Below, in pieces: positions 50,001-59,905 of a stretch of 64,000 nt of DNA. How positions within the stretch are numbered: the stretch's first letter is position 1; every line of letters begins with the position of its first letter. A program made the position numbers and the translations under genes. The DNA is from Amoebophrya sp. A120 (lineage: Eukaryota > Protista > Dinoflagellata). The stretch covers positions 744,001-808,000 of the forward strand of contig CAJINV010000008.1 of NCBI GenBank assembly GCA_905178155.1, given 5' to 3'. The notes beneath the pieces are model-generated. The model searched no databases and had not been told where the DNA came from. It was given only the letters and a program-made list of their open reading frames with translations.

Positions 50001-50950
50001 ACTTCGATGCCGTGCTGCAATTTGCTGTGCACGACTGCGAAGCCAGTGATCATTTGGAGCGGCTCCGAAAGCTTCTGTTGGAAGAAAGAATATCACGGGG
50101 AGGAATAACAGGAGAGACAACTACAGCGGCTGTTACTTCTGAGCGGGCTGACGAAATCGCAGCAACGACGATTGCTCTTCCTCATGCTCGCATTTTGATG
50201 CGTCAGGAAAATGGACGAGAAGCTACGAAAAGAAGGATCGCAGAGGTACGTAATTCCGTGCCACGCTTGCTAGCAGTGTTGAAGCAGGAGTACCTCGATC
50301 GTGATTTGCACGGGATAGAAGACGAAGAGCGTCGTTTCTTCTGCGAGGCCGCTTCTCATTACGAAGCTGCAAGTCTGCGCTCTCTGATTGACCACGCGTC
50401 TCGGCAACCGGTCGAGAAGCGGCTGGCGTTCTCTCGGGCGATGCGCCATCTGTGGCGGCTCTTTCAACGTGCGGTCGGCAGCGGATTGTTGTTGGGCAGC
50501 GAAAATTCTTCTGGAACCCCGCTTCTCCTGGGTCCAACGGTCCAGCGCGGTACGACGAGTACCAGGGAAGGCGACGATAAATGCGTTGAAAATGAAGCGC
50601 TGGACGTGTCTGTAGGTTCAGCCGCCTCGGACGAAAGCACACGGAGCAGCTGCGGCTCAGTTTCTACAGCTGAAGAAACAAAAGAAGTGCATTTCCGGCC
50701 GCGGATTAAGGAGAAGCATACCGATGTACAAAAGGCAGAAGAGATCGGCAGACATCTTACACTTTTTGATCTCCTGTTGCGATTGGAGGACGAGTTGAAT
50801 TGCGAGTATTTAACCACGAAGCGCATTGATTTCCTACAGCTGGTTGCACAGATGAACAGGTCAGCGACAGAGCGTAGAAAAAGTTCCTGGACTTGGGACT
50901 TTTTTTCGTTCACACACTTTCTCAGCGACAACTACTCGTTCTTATCATGA
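47012..50950 (+). CDS. Large protein containing a PARP-like ADP-ribosyltransferase domain (start uncertain)
   Basis: About 1300-aa ORF with MLVFHGTSQAAARRILAEGKF...AYGDAVYTAFHPETALRYA...ALLVCEL, matching the ART H-G-T and Y-G-x-x-x-Y motifs. Confidence 0.65.
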   Translation: MSTSILSTGPDCAQQHQPRGLILGAGCRFNGLVPSTLKTSRRSSTDGQRGGSTGRVYLSGGLCRQRRGTRGGACCLAAEGKGRDVDGSRLAGTKSAGREGEGETWCVEQEIDASSRIDADGSTPGCRMYDTIIESGLFASVDILHTTQRGEPECIAELLKTALLAAPAAARRPGVSGAEPHDFMDNEGPSCTSRSSIAASSSASSTFSSNTGKEETLHDDAGPLVDTGPYHVIFASCKGVPHLLDALDLLAADIATGDLVWPKHHRMSLFLGRNPYLGDAECARVAEISQCVHRHEALVSRVCLASHFDAPLTDPDAVREKLNTTVEEGLAGAASREYYSSQSVRPTGQTKGIEQQFLFYLTSPENLLSGEAAQDVRVAAAIQPDSRYSLFNGASLRMRNKTLAMASCGAADADPGSVDRIASVDLVTTPARDHGWLLGWTRDTLLFNPKAKTDAYAVARLHHPDEIKGGKISFIPAPVQRCVSSSRGIEPALAPAPYIVPVCRWLLSGSSSSGAASRCTPAARALGPIRRDAAHVFLHQVRSDLDTISSRRSSLFLKAENKLQRKVWGYTAQRVFAQLAGVLGVASAEALEEVVRTYDTHDVSLGFQLQILGVEHQTCGSPVLGDPDDSVAGHFALQDAVKDFLDPRFAAAEDDESTIGGFTSTSTSRARMLVFHGTSQAAARRILAEGKFRTNAFDEVGQCEELKQETCGQLSLHTAKAYGDAVYTAFHPETALRYAKGRGTLEDEDCGALLVCELQHGSMPKSKSESQEDENYCEDHDGAKHGDCGDHNGSFLSSPTTTQEADFQISEEAMVKREEITGKKIIVTDDARESRWALARGLPSIVRPWEQVLQQSKNPTHDDSSSGAGQADDASSLLGKNFGSFLVLPAQQVKNKKARFADSGGAETGRLEVSLRPLCAIHLARANSTSTRRGVLRQFRQFLAEQQSCKDPDLQAHALNVSTSLLNLTDDFWPETKSARPGVDDRRGGGLVWTQQDFDAVLQFAVHDCEASDHLERLRKLLLEERISRGGITGETTTAAVTSERADEIAATTIALPHARILMRQENGREATKRRIAEVRNSVPRLLAVLKQEYLDRDLHGIEDEERRFFCEAASHYEAASLRSLIDHASRQPVEKRLAFSRAMRHLWRLFQRAVGSGLLLGSENSSGTPLLLGPTVQRGTTSTREGDDKCVENEALDVSVGSAASDESTRSSCGSVSTAEETKEVHFRPRIKEKHTDVQKAEEIGRHLTLFDLLLRLEDELNCEYLTTKRIDFLQLVAQMNRSATERRKSSWTWDFFSFTHFLSDNYSFLS

Positions 50951-51282
50951 TCTCGTTCTGAAAAAGGATAGGCCGTGATAAAAAATTCAAACGAAACCTC
51001 TGCCTGAGTGCGTCAAGTCCATGCCAGCAACAAGTCCCACTGAAGTCATCCCATTGTGTTCAGGTGCTTCTGAGTACCATACGGCTCTAAGTTTTGTGCA
51101 CGAGCACGTCGTTGCGCATATTCGGCGTTCAGACAAGCGTTCGCAACTTTCTTCGTTGTGCGGAGAAGCAAGATTGTATGATGCCGATAATATAAGGTTG
51201 GAAAAATTTAAAATTTTGCCCGCAGAGACAAGAAGTTTTCCGGGTCTTCTGCAGGGACGTTCCTTTGAAACGTTTTTACACC

Positions 51283-52090
51283 ATGGCTGGAACAGATTCG
51301 TCGCCGACGATCCAGCTGGGTTACTGGAGCGGCCTCCGTTCGCTCGGGTCCAACTTGCGGTATCAGCTGGCGTATACCAAAACAGAGTATGAGTTCATCT
51401 CATACGACGGGGATAAGGTCGAGGAGTGGTTCAACGTGAAGCCGCAGTTAAATATTTTTCCCATATTTACATATATGCAACATAAATCGCCAGAGCTGGC
51501 AGAGCAGAACGAGCACATACTTTGTGAAGTTGCCTTGCTTTCGTTTGACAGGTATGGACTTCCCCAACTTGCCTTATTTGGTCGTGCAGACTGGTGACGG
51601 GCCAAAACTACAATTTTCGGAGACGCAAGCGATCCACCAGTACTTCGCCGCGAAGTTCGCACCGGCACTGCTGGGAGACTCGCCCGAAGAGACGGCAAAG
51701 CTGCATGAGATGTGGGGCATTCCGGAAGAGGTGAAGAACAAAAGCTTGTTGACCTGCTACGGTAGCGGGGCTACCAAAGAGACGGTGCTCAGTGCTTGCA
51801 CGCCCGGTTTCGAGAAGCTGTGCAGTTACGTAGAAAAGAAGTTAGCGCTGTCAGGATCTAGCTTCTTGATGGGCGAAAACATCAAGTGGGTGGACTTTTT
51901 TTTCCTAGAATTGCTAGAACGGTTCAATTGGCTTTTGGAAAATCAGCATGGGGAAAAGTACCCGCCGTTGCAGAAGTACCGGCTGCAGATGGCGGCGCTT
52001 CCCGGCGTCCAGGCGCAACTTGCAAAGGAGCTGCCGCACACCTTTAACGCAAGCATTGCGCCGGTAAACGGAAAAGGATTCCCCATCTGA
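51283..52090 (+). CDS. Cytosolic glutathione S-transferase (mu/sigma-like) with one ~100-nt, probably non-canonical intron at about 51451-51550
   Basis: QLGYWSGLRSLGSNLRYQLAY, WFNVKPQL|GMDFPNLPYL, SETQAIHQY and FLMGENIKWVDF. Confidence 0.88.
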
Positions 52091-52767
52091 AAGGGCATCA
52101 CTCACTTTCAAAACATGAAATTAATACCGGTAGGCGGTGGGTCAACGTCATATGCAGATGATGCTCCCCCGCTGGCCGATTTAGGTAAAAAGCATGGTGG
52201 ATGTGTGCCGCAGAGGGGCGCATGTCTACACAGTGTAAGGATTCATGGTCAGAGGTGGCACGGCTGCTTCGGGCCCTTGACATCAGTCACGTCAACTCGC
52301 TGCTCTGATTTTGTTCCACGGCGTGGATTGGTGCCTCGCAGGACATAATAGTCACTGGTCCGGGTCATTATATCATGAAGTTTAGCTGCGCGGCATTGCC
52401 GGTTGTGCTTTGCAACTAAGTAACTCGAAGTGACGAAAGCACCGTGCCAATATCGTAGCTGATTTGAGTTGTGGCAGCATCGATCGTCAATTTTCCCATG
52501 TAGAATGAAAATCGCTATTCGAGGTCGATTTATTTCGCTTTTTCGCTGACATCTCGCTTGGTCGTTGTTCTGACTCGGTTGGTCTTCGTCGACAATACAG
52601 CGCCCTACATTTTAGTAACACTATGGCAACGTGGACGGTGCTTTGGTAGTTTGATTCTCATCCAGGAGGGTTTTTCATATAGAAGAAAAAGCTGAAGCGC
52701 AGCACAGCCACAGACAACTACTTACTAGCTTTCTTTGAGCCCAAGAAGAGAACAGTCAGAAGATAAA

Positions 52768-53838
52768 ATGCACGGAGTTATCCGATTTCTTTTGTCCCTA
52801 GCAACCAAGGGAAAATTTGTGGTGGCGCTGCAGTCGCAGGAGCTTCCGCACGGGATCGCGGGAACAACGACGCACAATATTACCTCCGTTCCGTCTTCGA
52901 CTCATCCAGAAAATTCTTTCCAGGCTGTGCCGTCGCCGCACGAGGATACCATTCGTGAACGACCGAACTCTGTGTCGGTTGCAGGAAGCTCAGTCCCGAA
53001 TGCAACAGACACGGCCCATGTCTCGGTGGCCAGTGCACTGCCAGTGCGGTTGCCGGACACCTATGAAACCGAACAGCATTTAATCGTGGACGAATCTGGT
53101 GACAGCGATAAGGACCTGGAGCTGATGAGCAACTACTTCATCCGGGATACGCTGCGCCCGTCCAAGTTGCATCGGCCGAGCAAATTGAAGAAGATCACCG
53201 CCAATAGCATGGAGCGCGAACTGCGAGACCGTCCTGTGGCGTCTTTTTCCGAGTCGAATGGAACTGCACCAGCAAAAAGTCGCACTTTGCGCAACCAAAC
53301 GTCTGCTGCGCACCATGTCGAAGAGTCTACTTCTGCAGCCCGGCATATACAGTCGGCAAAAATCATCTCCCGGCCGGTGGCTGCGCCCCTCCAGTCCTTG
53401 CAGGCTCCGACGCAGCTTTGGACATTCCTCCTGATTTTCGTCGGCTTCCTGGCGGCAGTGGCGCTTTTCGCCATCCTGCTGTGTCCGCGGGCATACACAG
53501 TGGTCGCTGTCGACTGCTGGAACCGGTGGGTGATGAGGGTTTTGTGTCTGAAAAACGGCGGGGGACCCAAGTACGAACAGAAACTCGAGCATCAAATTCA
53601 GGCACTCGAAGCCAAGCTACTGCAGAAAGAACAAGACCAAGCCGTCGACTTTCGCATCTTCCCGTCAGGCTCGGCATTCCAAACTACAACTACTACAATC
53701 CGCAACTTCTGCAACCGGGACAAGGCGGCCGCACACGGGTCTTGTTCTCCGCAATACAACTGCGACTCTACTGCGGATCAGGCGCTCGCGTGGTCCGCAC
53801 AAGACGGGGGCGATCACGTGGCTTTCAACATGGTGTAG
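52768..53838 (+). CDS. Hypothetical single-pass membrane protein
   Basis: ORF with a hydrophobic segment LWTFLLIFVGFLAAVALFAILL followed by a short coiled coil. Confidence 0.6.
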   Translation: MHGVIRFLLSLATKGKFVVALQSQELPHGIAGTTTHNITSVPSSTHPENSFQAVPSPHEDTIRERPNSVSVAGSSVPNATDTAHVSVASALPVRLPDTYETEQHLIVDESGDSDKDLELMSNYFIRDTLRPSKLHRPSKLKKITANSMERELRDRPVASFSESNGTAPAKSRTLRNQTSAAHHVEESTSAARHIQSAKIISRPVAAPLQSLQAPTQLWTFLLIFVGFLAAVALFAILLCPRAYTVVAVDCWNRWVMRVLCLKNGGGPKYEQKLEHQIQALEAKLLQKEQDQAVDFRIFPSGSAFQTTTTTIRNFCNRDKAAAHGSCSPQYNCDSTADQALAWSAQDGGDHVAFNMV

Positions 53839-54701
53839 ACGAGCACCGAGCGCGTTTGTATGTATGCGATACTAGGTTATTTCTTCTTCTGGCTGGAAGT
53901 GGCGGTGACTCCCCACCTGCTGGTAAAGAGCCAAAACACGTGTATAGATACGTCAAATTACAATTTTTATTTTGTAGAATTCATGTCATCAGGAGCAGTT
54001 TTTCCTCGAGAAAGAATCCCTGCTGTACCTCAAAATTGATTCACGTAGTACCTTTATGTTTCTATCTTTGTACGTCCTTGCACTGCGCAAAATTAAATCA
54101 CCTGTAGATGTATTATTCATTGTATAATTTATTCCGGTTTCAGTTTCTCTATCTTCTCTATTTCCACACTGTACATCACGACTCTCTGACTAAAACTTGT
54201 CAAGCCTTGTAAACGGAAGAACACGTTGACGCGTATTGATTGGTACCTGTACCCAGGTCAGAATCGGGTCATTTCTTAATCTTCTCGTTTGGAGTTGGAA
54301 ATGCATGGCCATTAGTTACCTCTGTTCCCGTCGCTCATTCGTTTAGCTAGCCTACAACGAGAGCAGCATGAGTAAACGTACAAAAATTGTTTAGGAGCGT
54401 CTGATTGAGGCATTTTTTTCTGAGACCATGCAGGCTGTAGCTGCACGTGCAAATTCAAATTTGCCAGCTTCGGCACCGTATTGCGATTGTATGAAAGTAA
54501 AGTTGACGACTTTTTTTTTCGCTGTCCTCTCGATCGTATTTCCCCGTGGGAAGATTAGACACCGAGTTTTAATTTGATGAAAGAAAGGAAACACTGCCAT
54601 AGAAGCTGCATTGAAACAGTGATAGCATCGCGAGGCGCACGCCAGAAGACTTGACGCAGCTCCTCGTTTAGTTTTTTGTCACTTGTTGTCGTGGCGGCGT
54701 G

Positions 54702-57700
54702 ATGTCTCAGTTTTCCCCGGAGTGTCGCGGGCGCGTGCGGAGGTTCGAAGTCCCGACATTTGCGTGGAAGCGAAAAACGAAGCCCCGGGTTGCTAGTCGG
54801 TCGGTGTCGCCGTCGAGCAGTCGGCGCGGTTTAGATCCTGCTTCCTCGTCGGTGCACAAACGGGACCCGCAGAGACTTCATGCGGGAGGACCGGTGCGGA
54901 GTGCCACAGCATCTTCGAGCAAGGACGTCCTCGAGCCGCATTCACTACACCGGCGAAGGAGCCGTCGCACGCTGATTGAAGATGTGGTATCTGCGTACGA
55001 AGAGGAGTCTCGGGCACCAGCAGCACAAATGAAGAGAAGCGCAAGCCGGGACAGCATGCGGGACCAGAGTGCAGTTCATACCCCACGTCGCGCTCATTTG
55101 TTTGAGGACTTGCATGAGGAGGCGATGCGCAAGAAGCACCGTCTTGCGCACGCACAGCAGCTTCGCTTGGAGCAGGAGCAGCGGGAGCTGCGGCTCGAGA
55201 AGGAGAAGCTGCGGAGTGGCAAAGTCGCGCCAGATCATCGCGACCTTGCCGGGGGAGCGAGAGGCGCGACCAAATTGCAGGCGGAGCAAGCGCGCGCCGC
55301 GTTTTTGGAGCGGGAGGCGAGTTTCGTGCGCGAGAAGCAGCTGTTGGTGCAACAGCGACTGCGCGAGAAGGAGCTGCTGGCGCGCGAGGAGTACGAAAGG
55401 CACTGCACGTTTCGCCCGAACCTGGAAAAGCCGCCCAAAAACAAGCCCTGGTCTTACTTGGAGCGGGAGCAGACAAGCAGCGTCGGGGACCACCAGGAGC
55501 AGCTTTCCGTGCGCAGTATGACGTCGAGCAGTGTGAAAACTGCCGCCGGTGGTCTTCCGCCGTTCGGGGCCTTTTCTGCCGCATCTTCCTCCACCTACTC
55601 ACACATCAAGCACCTCGGATCCCGCGCCCGGAGTCGAAGTTCGTCCACCCGGCGGACAAACAACTGCTTCCTCCAGGATTGGCAGCAAAGAAGCAGCGGG
55701 TCGTTCTCCACCACGGTTCCTTTCCGACGAGAGACGTCGCGGCAGCAGCTGTTGCCGTCCCGGGAAGCGCGCGCGCAGCAACAGCTCGAGAAGCTGGAGG
55801 GTGACTACAAGGACGCTAGTCGCCATCTTGACGGCGAGTTCGATCGGCTAAAGTCCAATATCGAAAAGGAGGAAACTGAGCGGGTGCTCAGTTTCCTCCA
55901 ATCCGAGGACGGCCACAGCTACTTGCGCGATAAAATTCAAAACGTGCTCCTCGGCCAGAACAGTCAATCTTCAGACTGCGAATCCACCACCACGGGGGGT
56001 CGGTCCGCGCAACTCGCCGGGAGTACGGCAGAGCAAATGCACGCACAGCAGGTATCAATCTGACTGCTACAGCAAGTGTGTGATTCGGGGGGAGATCTAT
56101 CATGAAGATTATCATGTACGGGTTGTACAAGGGAGGACAACGTACTACGTGTCACGCTCACGAGGTAGCCGGCGCACGCAAGCGAGCAAGTGTTGGCTAG
56201 TACACACAAAACACTCGGTGCATTGGCGATTGTGAACGATAGATACCAGTCTCCATCTAAAAATAAACTACAAGAGAACGAGAAAAGGTTTCTAGATAGA
56301 GTTGCAGGTCAAATCAAGGAGTTTCACAAAAATTATGTACGTACAGGTGATCGTAGCCGATTTGGTGCACAAGAGCACCAAGCGCGTTTGGGGGCGGGTG
56401 ACAGCCGAGATGCAGCAGAAGCGCGAGACGTTGGACGCGCAGTATGCGCAGCGCAAGGCCGAAATTGAAGAGGAACTTGCGGTCCTATCTCCCACATCCT
56501 CGGACGGCACGACGAACAGGGCGGCACGAGAATCACCCGGCGAACCCACGGCGCAAGTGGGCACGACTGCTAGACGACCACTCGGGGCCTCGCCCGCAGA
56601 CGACAAAATCACAGAAGGTGAACACCCGCCGGAAAGAATGCGGGCGTCGGAGCTTCCACAACACGACCTCAGTGGAGGTTTGGGCAATTCGCATTGTTGT
56701 AATTGTCATCTAGAGAAGTGAGCTTAAGTCTGAAACAAGTGGCCGAACTTTCTAAGATTCACTCCCTTTCTTCAAAGAAGTGTGCTTCACATGATTCAGA
56801 ATCTAGTGCCAACCTGAGTTGTTGGCGACTTCGACAAAAACGAAACCAGATCCACCGCCGTCGGTTTTGACGGAGGTTGCAGAACCTGTCCAAGATTTGC
56901 AGCCAGCGGCACCACTGAAATCAAGTCCTGTCGTTTATTACCGGGATCCGCAGGTGGACCACCTCCAACCGGAGACTTATTTCGCTTCGAGCGTTATCAA
57001 CTGTAAAAATGTCTGGGTCTGGAAGAATGCAAGATTTGTGATGCAGGTTTTCCATGACCCATGAGGTCTGGAATGCGAGACCCAGCATGACAGATTCTTT
57101 GAGGTCTCTATCATGCCTTTCCTGCATGAGAAACTCCCTCTCAACTTGGTCAAAAGCGGACAGCTTTTGGCACTCACGCAACACTGATTTTTGCATCATT
57201 TAGATTTAGCATGACAAGTTCTAATCTTCCAGACCCAGACATTTTTACATTTGATAAGCGTTCTTCTGGAAGATGGTGCGATGAGAAAATCGTCGCCGGT
57301 CTTTGGCGAGGATGCACATCCTATCAACTGTAAAAATGTCTGGGTCTGGAAGAATCCAACTTGTCATGCTGATTTTGGATTCTAAAAAAATCTGTATTGC
57401 ATGAGCAGCAAAGAGAGTCCAAGTGTTGCTACACGGAAAGAGCATTTGCCATGCGATGTAGGCATCAGGAAGCCCTCACAAAATCTGTGATGCTAGGGCA
57501 TGCATCACAGACATCAAGAGTCATGCAAAATGTGCATGACAAACCTGGCAATCTTCCAGACCCAGACATTTTTACATTTGATACATCCACCTCCGTTCGC
57601 GATGGAACAAAGGGATAAAGAATTGATCACTACCAGCCACGAGGGTCCACTTGTTCACGCAAATGTCAGTGTGCAAGAGGCGTTCCATGATCATGGCAGT

Positions 57701-58822
57701 GGTAATTCTGTCACACACGCTTGTTCCCCCGCGGCCCCCTCGCAGCTTTCGCGATTCACGCATGTGCAGCCGGCAGTGAGCTCACCTTTGAGCAGTGGCG
57801 TGGTCACAGCTTCTCCGGCCGCGGCGAAGACCGCGGATAGCATGAGCAGCCCCGCTGCAGAGGCAGCCAAAGCCGGGCCCGGCGTCTACTCTGGCGGCGT
57901 TCATAGTAATTTTCCACGCCAAGGCGGGGCGGTGGTTTATCAACCGCACGCACGAGCAGGAGGGCCTTCCGCTCCCGGCAGAGCACAACCGGTGGCACCC
58001 GATAGCAGTGCTAGCTACGCGTATTATTACGCGACCACCGCGACACCGTTTCCTTCCAGTCCGGGATTTTGTGCCATGTCTCCTTGGTCGCCGGCGCCAC
58101 TTGCGCCGCAAGCGAGGACTGTCTGGGCCAACGCACAGAGAACTGCCGTACTACCGGAAAACTCCAATGCATTTTTCGGGGGACGAGCAAATGTGAGTGG
58201 AGTGATGCGCCAGCAGCACGGCAGCAGTGTCGGAGACATAGCAGTATCATCCTCTGCACCCCCGAAAGAGGAGGAAGCGCATCCGCCTCCCGACCGCGCG
58301 AGAGTCGACAATCTTGTTCCACCCTCCGTGCGCGATCTTAAAGCCCCAGGGTCGTCCAAGTCGGCTGCATCGCCTCCAGAGCCACAAACGATACGCCCGG
58401 AAGACGAAGGCCTGCGCCTCACTGTCGCGTCTTCAGTGTCTTCTGTGGCACAGCAGCGCAGCCTGGCCGGGGCGCCAAAACTTGCCACCACGGCGCCCGC
58501 GGTACAGGTTTTCCGGACCCTGCCCCAGGGTGCCATTAACTCGACGCCGCTAATCGTCCCAAATGGGATAGCACCCGGACTCGGGAATTACATGCCTCGC
58601 GGTGTAGTTTCACTGGCTCCACCAGCGCCTAGTGCGGCTTGGAACGTAAAAGCTGCAGCAGTGCAGCCGAACAACAGAGTCGACGACTCACAGGTTCCAA
58701 AGCCGCCGGGATTCGTCACTGCAGAGTCATCGCAAAGATTCTCTTACAACCCCGTGCTGCCTGGCCTGCGCGCCGGGTCAGCGACACACAAGCTCCCTCC
58801 GAGTTATTTCCAGAAAACGTGA
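54702..58822 (+). CDS. Hypothetical protein (coiled coil, CTFRPNL motif, Pro/Ala/Ser-rich C-terminus); intron at 56052-56346, unresolved intron at about 56680-56850, two introners
   Basis: Successive ORFs join across a GT-AG intron and the two introners (YFASSVLLEDGAMRK...EDAHPPPFAMEQ). The region could be two genes. Confidence 0.6.
56995..57256. mobile_element. Introner, family A (262 nt); interior inverted relative to 57322-57583
   Basis: Family A TIR; TSD agcgt; removal restores the frame. Confidence 0.93.
57322..57583. mobile_element. Introner, family A (262 nt)
   Basis: Family A TIR; TSD catcc; removal restores the frame. Confidence 0.93.
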
Positions 58823-59905
58823 AGATGAATCGCAATGGCAACATCGCTTTACATATTTCTTGCAAAGGAGAGGTGACAACGCTGTAGTATTAATGAAAGA
58901 AACACACTGAAACTAGAACTAAATCCTTTTCATAAGAACTGCGCGTTCTTACTTTGTTTGTGGCGTTACCGAAAGTTGGCACCGTGTCTGCACGACGATG
59001 TCGAGTTGATCATGGCGTCGCCGTTTCTAGTGACGACTGATACAACTGCATGCCTTGCCTCTCTTGCTAGAAGTTGGCTAATGCAAAAGAAACTTGATTG
59101 ACAAGATCGAGCCTCTGTCTAAATCAGTACTTTCGGTCAGACGAAGCACGTTGAAATGACCGATTACAGATCCTTGTGAATCGGTCCATGCTAAAATTCC
59201 TCGGAAGAACTCATGCGATCTTCTGATTTTTTCGCCATGATGAATCGGTAGGCAGTAGTTTTCGCATTTAATAGAGCGCGGCTCTGGTCGGTACAGTGTT
59301 GTCGCGATTTGTCGGCTCCTTTATCTGTAAATGATCTTCTAAAGCTCTTCTTGCAATGGCATTGGCATGTTGAAAATTGCTGGATTTTTTTGCTTGTCAC
59401 GCCGGGAGAAAGTACAGCATCTAGTAACACTCAATCTTACGACAGCTTTAGCCGGTGCAAAAACAAATAGAATTGGCGGCATCTTTCAATAAAGCGCGTT
59501 TGAATTGTGCCCTCTACCTCTTCAAAAATACGCATAAAAAATAGTAGTACAACCTTTGTCGGCTCTATTTGTTTACCGCTTCGTCGAGTTTATCAATTAC
59601 TCCGGCAACAAAGTTAACTTTTACTCCGCTGTTCACAGCCATCTTCAAACTTGCCCTGATTTCATTCAAATTTGCGCTTTGCGTATACAACAAGTCATTC
59701 AAAAAAAAAATTGAAAAATACCTATCCCGTTAACCGGACGTGACACTTTTCGGACTTTCAACTCTCATACCTAAAAATCGGGCACCAGCCACTCCACCTC
59801 ACACCAACTCTCACTCTGCATCGCGGCGCGCCCTTGTGGCGCAACTGACAGGGTGGGAAAGGTGATCTTCGCGTCCCCCGTACACTTCTAATCAGGCTGC
59901 CCATC

